Notes: generated from the letters alone by a model not told the origin. Positions 19,552-28,145 are shown, numbered from the stretch's first letter. The stretch is 64,000 nucleotides of DNA from an uncultured Nitrospirota bacterium (GCA_964515925.1 CAZEYP010000001.1:22718-86717); one strand, 5' to 3'. A program made the numbers and translations.

Positions 19552-21543
19552 ATGGCTGAGAAGGTAATAAAAAGTGTAGATAAGGTGGCAGAGAATATTC
19601 TGGAGTGGGCTGAGGCTCACGGCCTTGAAACTGCCTTTGAGCGGTCTGAGAGAATAAAGCCCTGTCCCATTGGTCATAGTGGCGCCTGCTGTAAGATATG
19701 TTTCATGGGGCCATGCAGACTGGTAGGTCAGGATGCAGAGGAAAAGGCAACAGGTGTCTGTGGTGCCACACTTCCAGTGGTATCTGCAAGGAACCTTCTG
19801 AGGATGGTGGCGGCAGGAACGGCAGCTCACAGTGACCATGCCCGTGATATGGCTTATACACTGCTTGAGGCTGCCACCGGTGAGGCACCTGACTTTCAGA
19901 TAAGGGATGTTCAGAAACTCAAAAAGCTGGCCAACATCCTTGAGATACCAACTGAAGATAGAACAAAAGAGGAGATTGCAAAGGATGTAGCCGAGAAACT
20001 CATCTCCGAGTTTGGTCAGCAAAAGGGAGAGCTTTCCTTTATAAAGAGGGCACCAAAAAAACGCCAGGAGATATGGCGCAAGTGGGGAGTGGTGCCAAGA
20101 GGCATTGACCGTGAAGTTGTTGAGGCCATGCACCGGACTAATATGGGAGTGGACCAGGACCCTGACAACCTTCTTATGGCCGCACTTAAGGTCTCACTTG
20201 CTGACGGCTGGGGCGGAAGCATGATAAGCACTGACATCACCGATATACTCTTTGGCACACCAAAGCCCCGTCGGTCACAGGCAAGTATTGGCATAATGAA
20301 GGAGGATGAGGTAAATGTGGTGGTTCATGGTCATGAGCCAACACTGGCTGAGATGATTGTTGAGGTCTCCCAGGAGCCTGAGATTGTTGAGTATGCTAAG
20401 AAGAAGGGCGCAAAGGGCATAAACCTTGTGGGTATGTGTTGTACTGCCAACGAGGTGTTGATGCGTCATGGAATCCCCACGGCAGGTGGTTTCCTCAATC
20501 AGGAGCTTGCCATTATGACCGGTCTGGCTGAAGCCATAATGGTGGATGTCCAGTGCATTATGCCTGCAATTGCTCAGGCTGCAAAGAAGTTTCATACCAA
20601 GGTTGTTACCACCTCACATAAGGGTAAGATGATAGATGCGGTTCACATTCAGTATGATGAGCACAGGGCAAAGGAGATTGCCCGTCAGATACTGAGGCTT
20701 GCTATAGATAATTACGAAAACCGTAAGGCCGAAGGGGCTCATGTTCATGAGACATCACCTGTGATAGCTGGCTTCTCACACGAGTATATCGACTACATGC
20801 AGGGAGGCAGATTCAGGGCATCCTTCAGGCCGCTAAACGATGCAATAATGGCAGGACGTATTCGCGGTGTTGCTGGCATTGTTGGATGTAACAACCCGAG
20901 GATTGCCCCACAGGACAGCATACATGATTATCTTGCTATAGAGTTTATCAAAAACGATGTGCTTGTAGTGACCACAGGTTGTGGTGCTGCTGCATGTGCC
21001 AAGGCAGGATTTATGACGCCTGAGACTGCCCTTGAGATGGCAGGTCCGGGGCTCAGAGAGGTCTGTGAGGCGATTGGTATTCCGCCAATCCTGCACCTTG
21101 GTGCCTGTGTGGACAACTCAAGGATACTTACCGTTGCAACCCAGATGGCAGAGGAAGGTGGGCTTGGTGAGGATATTGCAGACCTGCCTGCAGTGGGAAT
21201 TGCACCTGAGTGGATGAGTGAGAAGGCACTGGCAATTGGCTGTTACTTTGTTGCCTCTGGCGTATATACCATATTTGGTTCAGAGCATCCTGCTGAGGCA
21301 TCCAAAGAGGTGCAGAGGATAATGAGCGAGGTCTGGGAAGAGCGGTTTGGTGGAAAGCTTGAGTTCATCCCTGACCCTGAGGAGATACTGAAGAAGTCCC
21401 TTGAGCACATTGATAAGAAAAGAGATGCACTTAAGCTCCGCAAATACGAGCCAGGCAGATTTCGCGTTGAAAGGAAACTGCTCAGCATGGCTGACAGGCG
21501 TAAACTTGAATCTGCAGCAAGACCCCATGAAGGAGTGGGATAA
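19552..21543 (+). CDS. cooS: Anaerobic carbon monoxide dehydrogenase catalytic subunit CooS/AcsA
   Basis: Starts at ATG 19552, 6 nt after GGAGG. The track's TTG at 19540 overlaps the SD. It has N-terminal cluster cysteines CPIGHSGACCKICFMGPCR and C-cluster region residues HGHEP and GMCCTANE. Confidence 0.92.
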   Translation: MAEKVIKSVDKVAENILEWAEAHGLETAFERSERIKPCPIGHSGACCKICFMGPCRLVGQDAEEKATGVCGATLPVVSARNLLRMVAAGTAAHSDHARDMAYTLLEAATGEAPDFQIRDVQKLKKLANILEIPTEDRTKEEIAKDVAEKLISEFGQQKGELSFIKRAPKKRQEIWRKWGVVPRGIDREVVEAMHRTNMGVDQDPDNLLMAALKVSLADGWGGSMISTDITDILFGTPKPRRSQASIGIMKEDEVNVVVHGHEPTLAEMIVEVSQEPEIVEYAKKKGAKGINLVGMCCTANEVLMRHGIPTAGGFLNQELAIMTGLAEAIMVDVQCIMPAIAQAAKKFHTKVVTTSHKGKMIDAVHIQYDEHRAKEIARQILRLAIDNYENRKAEGAHVHETSPVIAGFSHEYIDYMQGGRFRASFRPLNDAIMAGRIRGVAGIVGCNNPRIAPQDSIHDYLAIEFIKNDVLVVTTGCGAAACAKAGFMTPETALEMAGPGLREVCEAIGIPPILHLGACVDNSRILTVATQMAEEGGLGEDIADLPAVGIAPEWMSEKALAIGCYFVASGVYTIFGSEHPAEASKEVQRIMSEVWEERFGGKLEFIPDPEEILKKSLEHIDKKRDALKLRKYEPGRFRVERKLLSMADRRKLESAARPHEGVG

Positions 21544-21546
21544 TTT

Positions 21547-21581
21547 AAGATTTCAGATTTATGATTTGAGATTTTAGATTT
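21547..21581 (+). repeat. Tandem heptad array NAGATTT (5 units)
   Basis: aagattt cagattt atgattt gagattt tagattt runs straight into the SD GGAGG of the next gene. Confidence 0.85.
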
Positions 21582-21591
21582 GGAGGTTTGG

Positions 21592-22077
21592 ATGGATATA
21601 GAAAAGATTGATGTTGACAGTGAAATCGGTAAGGTTGGTGCACATATCTGTGAACATGACAAAAAGAAGGGATTACTGATTCCAATATTGCATAAGATAC
21701 AGGAAGACTATGGATACCTTCCTGGTGAGGCACTGGAGAGGCTTTCAAAGAAGCTGGGACTGCCCCTTGCCGAGATATACTCGGTGGCGAGTTTTTATCA
21801 TCAGTTTCACTTCAGCCCCCGTGGAAAGAAGATAGTCCGTGTCTGCATGGGAACGGCCTGCCATGTTCGTGGTGCAGGGAAGGTGCTTGAGAAACTACAG
21901 GAGCACTTTAAGATAGATGTTGGAGAGACAACCGAAGACCTTACCATGACCCTTGAGACCGTTGGCTGTGTGGGTTGCTGCGGCCTTGCACCGGTTGTTA
22001 CCATAAATGATGATGTGGTGGGTGAGCTGACACCTAAGAAGCTGGATGAGGTAATAGAGGAGATAGAAGAAGAGTAA
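21592..22077 (+). CDS. NuoE/HydC-like thioredoxin-fold [2Fe-2S] subunit
   Basis: Starts at ATG 21592 after GGAGG. Cys motifs are CMGTACHVRG and CVGCCGLAP. Confidence 0.85.
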   Translation: MDIEKIDVDSEIGKVGAHICEHDKKKGLLIPILHKIQEDYGYLPGEALERLSKKLGLPLAEIYSVASFYHQFHFSPRGKKIVRVCMGTACHVRGAGKVLEKLQEHFKIDVGETTEDLTMTLETVGCVGCCGLAPVVTINDDVVGELTPKKLDEVIEEIEEE

Positions 22078-22080
22078 TAG

Positions 22081-22122
22081 TTTAACTCAACACTAACCAC
22101 TCATAACTAAACACTTAATTTT
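22081..22122 (+). repeat. G-free CA-rich word array 5' of the next SD
   Basis: tttaactcaacactaaccactcataactaaacacttaatttt is 42 nt with no G. It is followed by GAGGAGG. Confidence 0.8.
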
Positions 22123-22133
22123 GTGAGGAGGAT

Positions 22134-24473
22134 ATGGCTAAGCTTAAGAGCATTGAGGAACTGAAAAACCTTAGACTTTTATTAAAAGAGGAGACCTTTC
22201 CAGAAGGTCGTGAGCGTATAAGGGCCTGCACAGGCACGGCCTGTATGGCTTCTGGTGCAAATAAGGTGATAGAAAGGATTGAGGAGAAGGCAAAGGAAAA
22301 AGGTCTTGACATACAGGTGATTCGTACTGGCTGTCAGGGGCTATGCCAGAAGGGGCCTATTATGAAGATAGAGCCCTATGGATACTTTTATCAGAAGGTA
22401 AAGGTAGATGATGCAGAGGCGGTAGTCAGTAATACCCTTTCTGCAGGCTATCCGGTCAGGCACCTCCTGAATCGCGACTCCTTTTTTGTAGAGCCCCATG
22501 AATTAATGGATGAGCTACCCTTTTATAAAAAACAGCTTCGTATAGCCCTTCGTAACAACGGAAGGATTGACCCACTTAACATATACCACTATATCGCTGT
22601 AGGTGGATACACAGGACTGGAGAAGGCATTAAGCAGCATGACCCCTGACCAGGTCCTTGATGAAGTAGACAGGGCAAACCTCCGTGGTCGGGGAGGTGCA
22701 GGATTCCCAGCAGGTAAGAAGTGGCGTCATACAAAAAGGGCTCCAGGGGATTTAAAGTTTGTAATTGCAAACGGTGACGAAGGTGACCCTGGTGCGTTCA
22801 TGGACCGCTCAATCATGGAGGGCGACCCTCACAGTCTTATAGAGGGAATGCTTCTTTGTGCCTACGCAATTGGTGCAGAGTATGGCTTTATATATGTTCG
22901 TCATGAGTATCCACTGGCTGTTAAGAATCTCAGGCATGCTATCAAACAGGCAGAGGACCTGGGAATTCTTGGTGAAAACATACTTGGTAGTGGATTTAAT
23001 TTTTATCTTGATGTCCGCGAGGGTGCAGGTGCCTTTGTATGCGGAGAGTCAACAGCTCTGGTTGCCTCAATTGAAGGAGACAGAGGCTTTCCAAGGCCAA
23101 GGCCACCACGGCTCAGTGAGCCTGGTGGTGGGCTGTGGGGTGTGCCTTCAAATCTGAATAACATTGAGACCTATGCCTGTGTGCCGCCAATTATTGAAAA
23201 AGGCGCAGACTGGTTCCGCTCTATAGGAACCGAGACATCCCCTGGCACCAAGGTCTTTGCACTCACTGGTAAGGTTAAAAACACAGGACTGGTAGAGGTG
23301 CCAATGGGTATTACGCTCAGGGAGATTATATTTGACATTGGCGGTGGGATCCTTGGGGATAAGAAGTTCAAGGCTGTCCAGACAGGCGGCCCATCAGGTG
23401 GCTGTCTGCCCGAGGAGTATCTTGACCTGCCTGTTGATTTTGACTCATTAAGGAAGGTTGGCTCCATGATGGGCTCTGGTGGTATGGTGGTGATGGACGA
23501 GGATACATGTATGGTGGATGTGGCAAAGTACTTTCTTTCATTTACACAGGCAGAATCCTGTGGTAAATGTCCACCCTGCCGTCTCGGCACATACCAGATG
23601 CTTCAGATTCTTGAGAGGATCACCAATGGTCAGGGCGAACCTGGCGACATTGAAAGGCTTATCAAGTATGGCAAGCTCACGCAGGAGGGCTCACTCTGCG
23701 GACTTGGTCAGAGTGCACCAAATCCTGTGCTGAGCACGATTAAGTATTTCAGAGAGGAGTACGAAGAGCATATCTATGATAAGTATTGCAGGGCAAAGGT
23801 ATGTAAGGGAATGGGTGTATTCTCCATAGACCTTACACAGTGCATCCGTTGTGGTCTATGCAAGGAGGCCTGTGCCTTTGATGCAGTTAAGGAGACACGG
23901 GATGCTTTCATAATAGACAGGGATTACTGCACAAAGTGTAAGGCCTGTTACATGGTCTGTCCTGTGGATGCCGTGAAGATATGGAAGGAAAGACATCTCA
24001 AGATGGTTGAGGCATTGAAGATTCCTCCTGAAAAGATAGAAACCATTGAAAGGAGAGTAAAGATGAAACTCAAAGATGTGCTTGAGGCAAAACCTCGGGA
24101 GGTCTTCACTGTAAGAAAGGACAAGAGCGTTTCCTATGCAGTGAAGTTCATGAGTGAGCATAACATTGGTGCACTGCTTGTGGTGGATGAAAAGGATAAA
24201 CTGGTTGGAATGTTTACTGAAAGGGATGTGCTTCATTGCACTGCCCGTGGTGTTGACCTTGACTCAGAGCCAGTTGAAAATGTGATGAGTAAGGAGCTTA
24301 TTACATTCTCTCCAGATGATGATATTGCTGTTGCTGTGCAGGTTATTGCAGATAAGAAGAAGAGACACCTGCCCATTGTTGAGGGTGACAGGATCGTTGG
24401 CCTGGTAAATTATCGTGATGTGGTCAGTTATCTGCTGCCAGAGGTATTCTATCTGTCAGAGGCACTTTATTGA
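22134..24473 (+). CDS. NuoF/HydB-like NAD(P)H-binding FMN/Fe-S subunit with an N-terminal [2Fe-2S] domain, C-terminal 2x[4Fe-4S] and a tandem CBS-domain pair
   Basis: 779 aa with GLRGRGGAGFP (FMN/NADH site), ESCGKCPPCRLGT (N3-type cluster), ferredoxin motifs CIRCGLCKEAC and CTKCKACYMVCP, and a final ~135 aa (about 24063-24470) that forms a CBS pair (..HNIGALLVVDEKDKLVGMFTERDV.. / ..RHLPIVEGDRIVGLVNYRDV..). Confidence 0.85.
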   Translation: MAKLKSIEELKNLRLLLKEETFPEGRERIRACTGTACMASGANKVIERIEEKAKEKGLDIQVIRTGCQGLCQKGPIMKIEPYGYFYQKVKVDDAEAVVSNTLSAGYPVRHLLNRDSFFVEPHELMDELPFYKKQLRIALRNNGRIDPLNIYHYIAVGGYTGLEKALSSMTPDQVLDEVDRANLRGRGGAGFPAGKKWRHTKRAPGDLKFVIANGDEGDPGAFMDRSIMEGDPHSLIEGMLLCAYAIGAEYGFIYVRHEYPLAVKNLRHAIKQAEDLGILGENILGSGFNFYLDVREGAGAFVCGESTALVASIEGDRGFPRPRPPRLSEPGGGLWGVPSNLNNIETYACVPPIIEKGADWFRSIGTETSPGTKVFALTGKVKNTGLVEVPMGITLREIIFDIGGGILGDKKFKAVQTGGPSGGCLPEEYLDLPVDFDSLRKVGSMMGSGGMVVMDEDTCMVDVAKYFLSFTQAESCGKCPPCRLGTYQMLQILERITNGQGEPGDIERLIKYGKLTQEGSLCGLGQSAPNPVLSTIKYFREEYEEHIYDKYCRAKVCKGMGVFSIDLTQCIRCGLCKEACAFDAVKETRDAFIIDRDYCTKCKACYMVCPVDAVKIWKERHLKMVEALKIPPEKIETIERRVKMKLKDVLEAKPREVFTVRKDKSVSYAVKFMSEHNIGALLVVDEKDKLVGMFTERDVLHCTARGVDLDSEPVENVMSKELITFSPDDDIAVAVQVIADKKKRHLPIVEGDRIVGLVNYRDVVSYLLPEVFYLSEALY

Positions 24474-24618
24474 TTTTAGATTTGAGATTTAAGATTTCAG
24501 ATTTAAAAGCTCTGTAAGCGCTGTGTTCTCTGTGGTTAAAATAGAAGAAGTGCATAAGTTTGGAAAATTGGGATTTGGAATTTGTTTAGAAATTAGGGTT
24601 TAGAAATTAGAATTTTTA
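24474..24618 (+). repeat. Composite spacer element: NAGATTT heptads, then NNCTCTGTG nonamers, then GGAATTT/AGAAATT words
   Basis: The sequence is tttagatttgagatttaagatttcagatttaaaagctctgtaagcgctgtgttctctgtggtt...ggaaaattgggatttggaatttgtttagaaattagggtttagaaattagaattttt. It is homologous to 59829-59967 and partly to 48466-48563. Confidence 0.85.
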
Positions 24619-24636
24619 AAAATCGGGGTGTGAGAT

Positions 24637-25251
24637 ATGGAAGAAAAGAAGGTTCTAAAGGTAGAAGACATAAAGAGGGAGGCTGATGAGAGGAAGTGTC
24701 CTGTTCAGCGGTCACTTTATTACATTGATGAGTTCCTGAAGGGGCCCATGTGTGGTAGATGTTTTCCCTGTGGGATGGGAACCTATGAGGCAAGGATTCG
24801 GCTTGAGAGGATAATAAATAACGAAGGCGGTGAAGATGACATTCAGGCATTAAAGAGGATTGCTTCTGATATGCTTGTTTCTTCCTTCTGTAAAAAGGGA
24901 AAGGATACTGCAAAATTTATGCTCGAGTGGCTTGATAGTGGAGTCTTTCAGGAGCACATAAACGGAATATGTCCAGATGCAGAGTGTCTCCAGTTTATCA
25001 GGTATAAGGTCATTGGTGAGAAATGTATAAACTGTGGTGAGTGTAAAAAGGTCTGTAAGTATCACGCTGTGTTCGGGCAGACCCGTAAAAGCAGATTTAA
25101 ATTTGGTTATCCACCTTTTGAGATTAGAGACCGCAGGTGTACCCGTTGCGGTGCCTGTCTTCCAGTATGTCCAACAGGTGCAATTGTCGTGATAGAGCGT
25201 AAAACAGGCCGTATAGTTAAGGAAAAGGAGGTTCCAGAAGAGGTAGGATAA
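24637..25251 (+). CDS. Fe-S protein: stand-alone NuoF C-terminal-like [4Fe-4S] module plus a 2x[4Fe-4S] ferredoxin domain
   Basis: 204 aa. MCGRCFPCGMGT resembles the NuoF cluster-N3 motif. It also has the ferredoxin motifs CINCGECKKVC and CTRCGACLPVCP. Confidence 0.65.
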   Translation: MEEKKVLKVEDIKREADERKCPVQRSLYYIDEFLKGPMCGRCFPCGMGTYEARIRLERIINNEGGEDDIQALKRIASDMLVSSFCKKGKDTAKFMLEWLDSGVFQEHINGICPDAECLQFIRYKVIGEKCINCGECKKVCKYHAVFGQTRKSRFKFGYPPFEIRDRRCTRCGACLPVCPTGAIVVIERKTGRIVKEKEVPEEVG

Positions 25252-25259
25252 CCCAATTG

Positions 25260-25300
25260 TCTATTAACTAATAAACCAATATACCAATAACAACTTTTTA
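25260..25300 (+). repeat. G-free CA-rich word array 5' of the SD
   Basis: tctattaactaataaaccaatataccaataacaacttttta is 41 nt with no G. GGAGG follows at 25301. Confidence 0.8.
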
Positions 25301-25310
25301 GGAGGTTTTC

Positions 25311-27317
25311 ATGTCGGAGAAGGTCAAACTAACAATAGACGGTAAAGATGTCACTGTTAAGGCTGGCTCCACCATACTGGATGCTGCAGAGCAGGCAGGC
25401 ATTCATATCCCTAACCTCTGTTACCTGAAGGGCATGAAGGGCATTGGTGCCTGCAGGATGTGTCTTGTGGAGATTGAAGGAATGAAGGCACCAATGACTG
25501 CATGCACGGCGAGGGTTAAGGATGGAATGGTTGTAAAAACCACCAATGAACAGATAGAGGAGATTAGAAAGTATGTTATAGACCTGATACTCAGCATGCA
25601 TCCCCTTGACTGTATGACCTGCACAAAGGCAGGTGTGTGCCAGCTTCAGCAGTATGCCTATGACCTTGAGATTAAGGAGTCATCCTTTAGTAGAAAGAAG
25701 TTTGGCTTTGACACTGATGAAGGAAACCCATTTATCAAACGCGACCCTGACTACTGCATCCTCTGTGCCCGGTGTGTGAGAGTATGTAAAGAGCAGGGCA
25801 CATCAGTGCTGGATTTTTATGGCCGCGGCGTGGGTGCAAAGGTGACCACTGCACAGGACAGACCACTTCAGGAGGCAGGATGCACCTTCTGCGGTAGCTG
25901 TCTTGATGCCTGCCCAGTTAACGCAATCTTAGAGGCAGACCGCTGGCGCAGAGGCCGTGAATGGGACTACGAAAGGGTTGAGTCAACCTGTCTGTTCTGC
26001 GGAAATGCCTGCTCCACGGTTGTAAGCACCTATCGTGGAGATGTGGCAAAGGTGAATGCCTCTGGTGATAAGGGCAGGGTTGACCATTTTATCTGCGCCT
26101 ATGGTCGCTATGGTTTTGATTATATAAACGGTGATACCAGGGTGCTTGAGCCACTTAAGAGGATGGATGGAGAGTTTAAGCTCATTTCCTGGACACAGGC
26201 AATAGAGGATATGGCAAGGGCACTGATGGATGATGCAAACTCTGGAATTATAACCGCCGGGAACCTGCTTAATGAGGACTATCTGTCCATTAAAAGGTTT
26301 GCTGACGAGGCAGGTATCAAAAACATAGACTGCACGGTAAGTGCCTATGCTGATGAGGCAAGCCTCCTTGGTCCTGAGGTTGACATAAACGAGGCTGACT
26401 GTCTTGTTGTGGTTGGACTTAACCCATCTCAATGGGATAGGGTTCATGCCTGTCTTGACGCATCCTTAAGAAGGGCAAAGGCCCGTGGAGCAAAGCTGAT
26501 AGTGATTAACTCCGTAGATACAAGGCTTGCTGAGGTTGCTGATGTGGCAGTAAAGGCATCTGAGGCCGATACAATGGCTGCCCTTGCAAAGGCTCTCAAA
26601 GAGCAGGGAGAACCCCTCCCTAAAGGTTTAAAGGTGCCTGATGTGGATGTGTCTGAAGAAATAAACAAAGCTGCAGAGCTTTATGTGAAGGCATCAAATC
26701 CTGTGGTAGTATCCTCCCCGGTATACTTTGAGGCATCGAGCAATGTGGCATTGATAAAGGGTGCCGCAGTTTCTGTCCCCATAGAGGCAAATGCAAAGGG
26801 AGCCCTGCTTATGGGTATTAAAGGAACCGGCAAGAGCTACAACGAGATGGCATCAGAAGGCATAAAGATACTTTATGTAATAGGTGATGTAGCTATGAAG
26901 AGACCTGCTGGTGTTGATATGCTAATAGTTCAGAACTCCCACATGACAGAGCTTGCCAAAGAGGCTGACCTTGTGCTTCCTTCAATAACGAGTTTCGAGT
27001 CAAATGGCACGGTAGTTGACTACATGGGAAGGATGAAGACAGTTAAGGCTGCCATAGAGCCCTTTGCAGAGTCAAAGACCACTGTAGATATAATTAAGGC
27101 TCTTTCAAAGAAGATGGGGCTTAAGGTTAAGCCAGCAACATCGGCTGATGTGAAAAAGCAAATCAAGGGCTATAAAGTGGAAATTAAACCCTCAGATTTT
27201 AAGGCAAGAGATGACCTTACATTTAATCCTGCTGATTTTATTCCACAGAGCCTTTCAACAATGGTGCAGAGCTCCAGGCTACTGTGGCTCAGGGAAGTGC
27301 AGGCACAGACTGCTTAA
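25311..27317 (+). CDS. NuoG-like Fe-S subunit ([2Fe-2S], His-ligated and 4Cys [4Fe-4S] clusters, truncated molybdopterin-oxidoreductase-like domain)
   Basis: 668 aa with CRMCLVE..C, HPLDCMTCTKAGVC, CILCARCVRVC, CTFCGSCLDACP and a MopB-type N-terminal cluster CLFCGNAC. There is no catalytic Cys/Sec motif of the FdhA type. Confidence 0.8.
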   Translation: MSEKVKLTIDGKDVTVKAGSTILDAAEQAGIHIPNLCYLKGMKGIGACRMCLVEIEGMKAPMTACTARVKDGMVVKTTNEQIEEIRKYVIDLILSMHPLDCMTCTKAGVCQLQQYAYDLEIKESSFSRKKFGFDTDEGNPFIKRDPDYCILCARCVRVCKEQGTSVLDFYGRGVGAKVTTAQDRPLQEAGCTFCGSCLDACPVNAILEADRWRRGREWDYERVESTCLFCGNACSTVVSTYRGDVAKVNASGDKGRVDHFICAYGRYGFDYINGDTRVLEPLKRMDGEFKLISWTQAIEDMARALMDDANSGIITAGNLLNEDYLSIKRFADEAGIKNIDCTVSAYADEASLLGPEVDINEADCLVVVGLNPSQWDRVHACLDASLRRAKARGAKLIVINSVDTRLAEVADVAVKASEADTMAALAKALKEQGEPLPKGLKVPDVDVSEEINKAAELYVKASNPVVVSSPVYFEASSNVALIKGAAVSVPIEANAKGALLMGIKGTGKSYNEMASEGIKILYVIGDVAMKRPAGVDMLIVQNSHMTELAKEADLVLPSITSFESNGTVVDYMGRMKTVKAAIEPFAESKTTVDIIKALSKKMGLKVKPATSADVKKQIKGYKVEIKPSDFKARDDLTFNPADFIPQSLSTMVQSSRLLWLREVQAQTA

Positions 27318-27350
27318 TCAATTTAATACATAGGATTATTGGCAAACAGA

Positions 27351-27386
27351 AAAACACCCCGGTTACAATCCGGGGTGTTTTTTTTA
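27351..27386 (+). terminator. Rho-independent terminator (potentially bidirectional)
   Basis: aaaacaccccgg ttacaat ccggggtgtttttttt has a 9-bp GC-rich stem (27354-27362 with 27370-27378) and a T8 run, with an A-run on the 5' side. Confidence 0.85.
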
Positions 27387-27517
27387 ATAGCTATGTTCAA
27401 TTCTTCATGGGTCTCTGGTATAAAGACCTAAAACCCTATATTTTCAAACCGACCCCCAAGAAACTAAAGCGAAGGCAATTTCAATTTAAACTAAGTTATT
27501 GAAAATGAAAAAATATT

Positions 27518-27595
27518 TGGCGTCCCCAACGGGATTCGAACCCGTGTTACCGCCTTGAAAGGGCGGTGTCCTAGGCCTGGCTAGACGATGGGGAC
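27518..27595 (-). tRNA. tRNA-Glu (anticodon UUC), CCA encoded
   Basis: The reverse complement is GTCCCCATCGTCTAGCCAGGCCTAGGACACCGCCCTTTCAAGGCGGTAACACGGGTTCGAATCCCGTTGGGGACGCCA. It has a cloverleaf, anticodon loop CTTTCAA, and is close to E. coli tRNA-Glu. Confidence 0.92.
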
Positions 27596-27602
27596 GCTGT
27601 AC

Positions 27603-27669
27603 GGAAGTCTGAAGTCGGAAATCAGAATATGTTATCTGACCTCCGACCTCTGACCTCTGTCCTCTGTCC
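27603..27669 (-). repeat. Inter-tRNA spacer hairpin built from heptads (CTGACCT array versus GAAGTC/GAAATC array)
   Basis: 27603-27626 pairs with 27635-27658. There are 18 Watson-Crick pairs on either strand, plus 4 further G:U pairs only in the minus-strand (tRNA-sense) RNA. Confidence 0.8.
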
Positions 27670-27745
27670 TGGTGAGCCGCCGGGGATTCGAACCCCGCAC
27701 ACCCGCCTTAAAAGGGCGGTGCTCTGCCGACTGAGCTAGCGGCCC
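27670..27745 (-). tRNA. tRNA-Lys (anticodon UUU), CCA encoded
   Basis: The reverse complement is GGGCCGCTAGCTCAGTCGGCAGAGCACCGCCCTTTTAAGGCGGGTGTGCGGGGTTCGAATCCCCGGCGGCTCACCA. The anticodon loop is CTTTTAA. Confidence 0.92.
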
Positions 27746-27916
27746 TGCAAAATTAGACTATTAGGATACAAATTTATTGGCTCTTCTGTCAATCCTTCTG
27801 CATTCCTCAAAAATAATCTACACGAAGGGGTATAGTTTTTCCTCATAATTGACAAAGATGGCAAACATCCGTTAAGCCTTAAGATAGTTGCCCGAGTCCC
27901 TAAAGGAGTATACACC

Positions 27917-28068
27917 ATGAAGGACAGGTATGTCATTATTAATCACAATGCAAAGACATATTAGAATGCCGACAAGAAGGTTAAGTCTCAGATACTTGAC
28001 GAACTTACAGAGATATTACAGATGAACCGTCATTATATAGGGTATCTGCTTAGGAAATCTGGCAGAGT
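27917..28068 (+). pseudogene. Transposase (DDE/integrase-core type) N-terminal fragment with an in-frame stop, abutting the tRNA-fMet 3' end
   Basis: AAGGAG then an ATG gives MKDRYVIINHNAKTY*NADKKVKSQILDELTEILQMNRHYIGYLLRKSGR.. The ..KK.KSQILDE....G.NRKY.I.LL pattern is recognised from the N-terminal HTH of many IS transposases. Only about 50 codons remain. Confidence 0.45.

Positions 28069-28145
<77 letters not shown>

Noticed and set aside
27284-27502. 72-aa plus-strand ORF after the NuoG-like gene
   Set aside because: It spans the rho-independent terminator hairpin (27351-27386) and has no SD, so it is spurious.
27736-27936. 66-aa minus-strand ORF between tRNA-Lys and tRNA-fMet
   Set aside because: It overlaps the SD and start of the plus-strand transposase remnant. 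It has no SD or motif, so it is most likely spurious.
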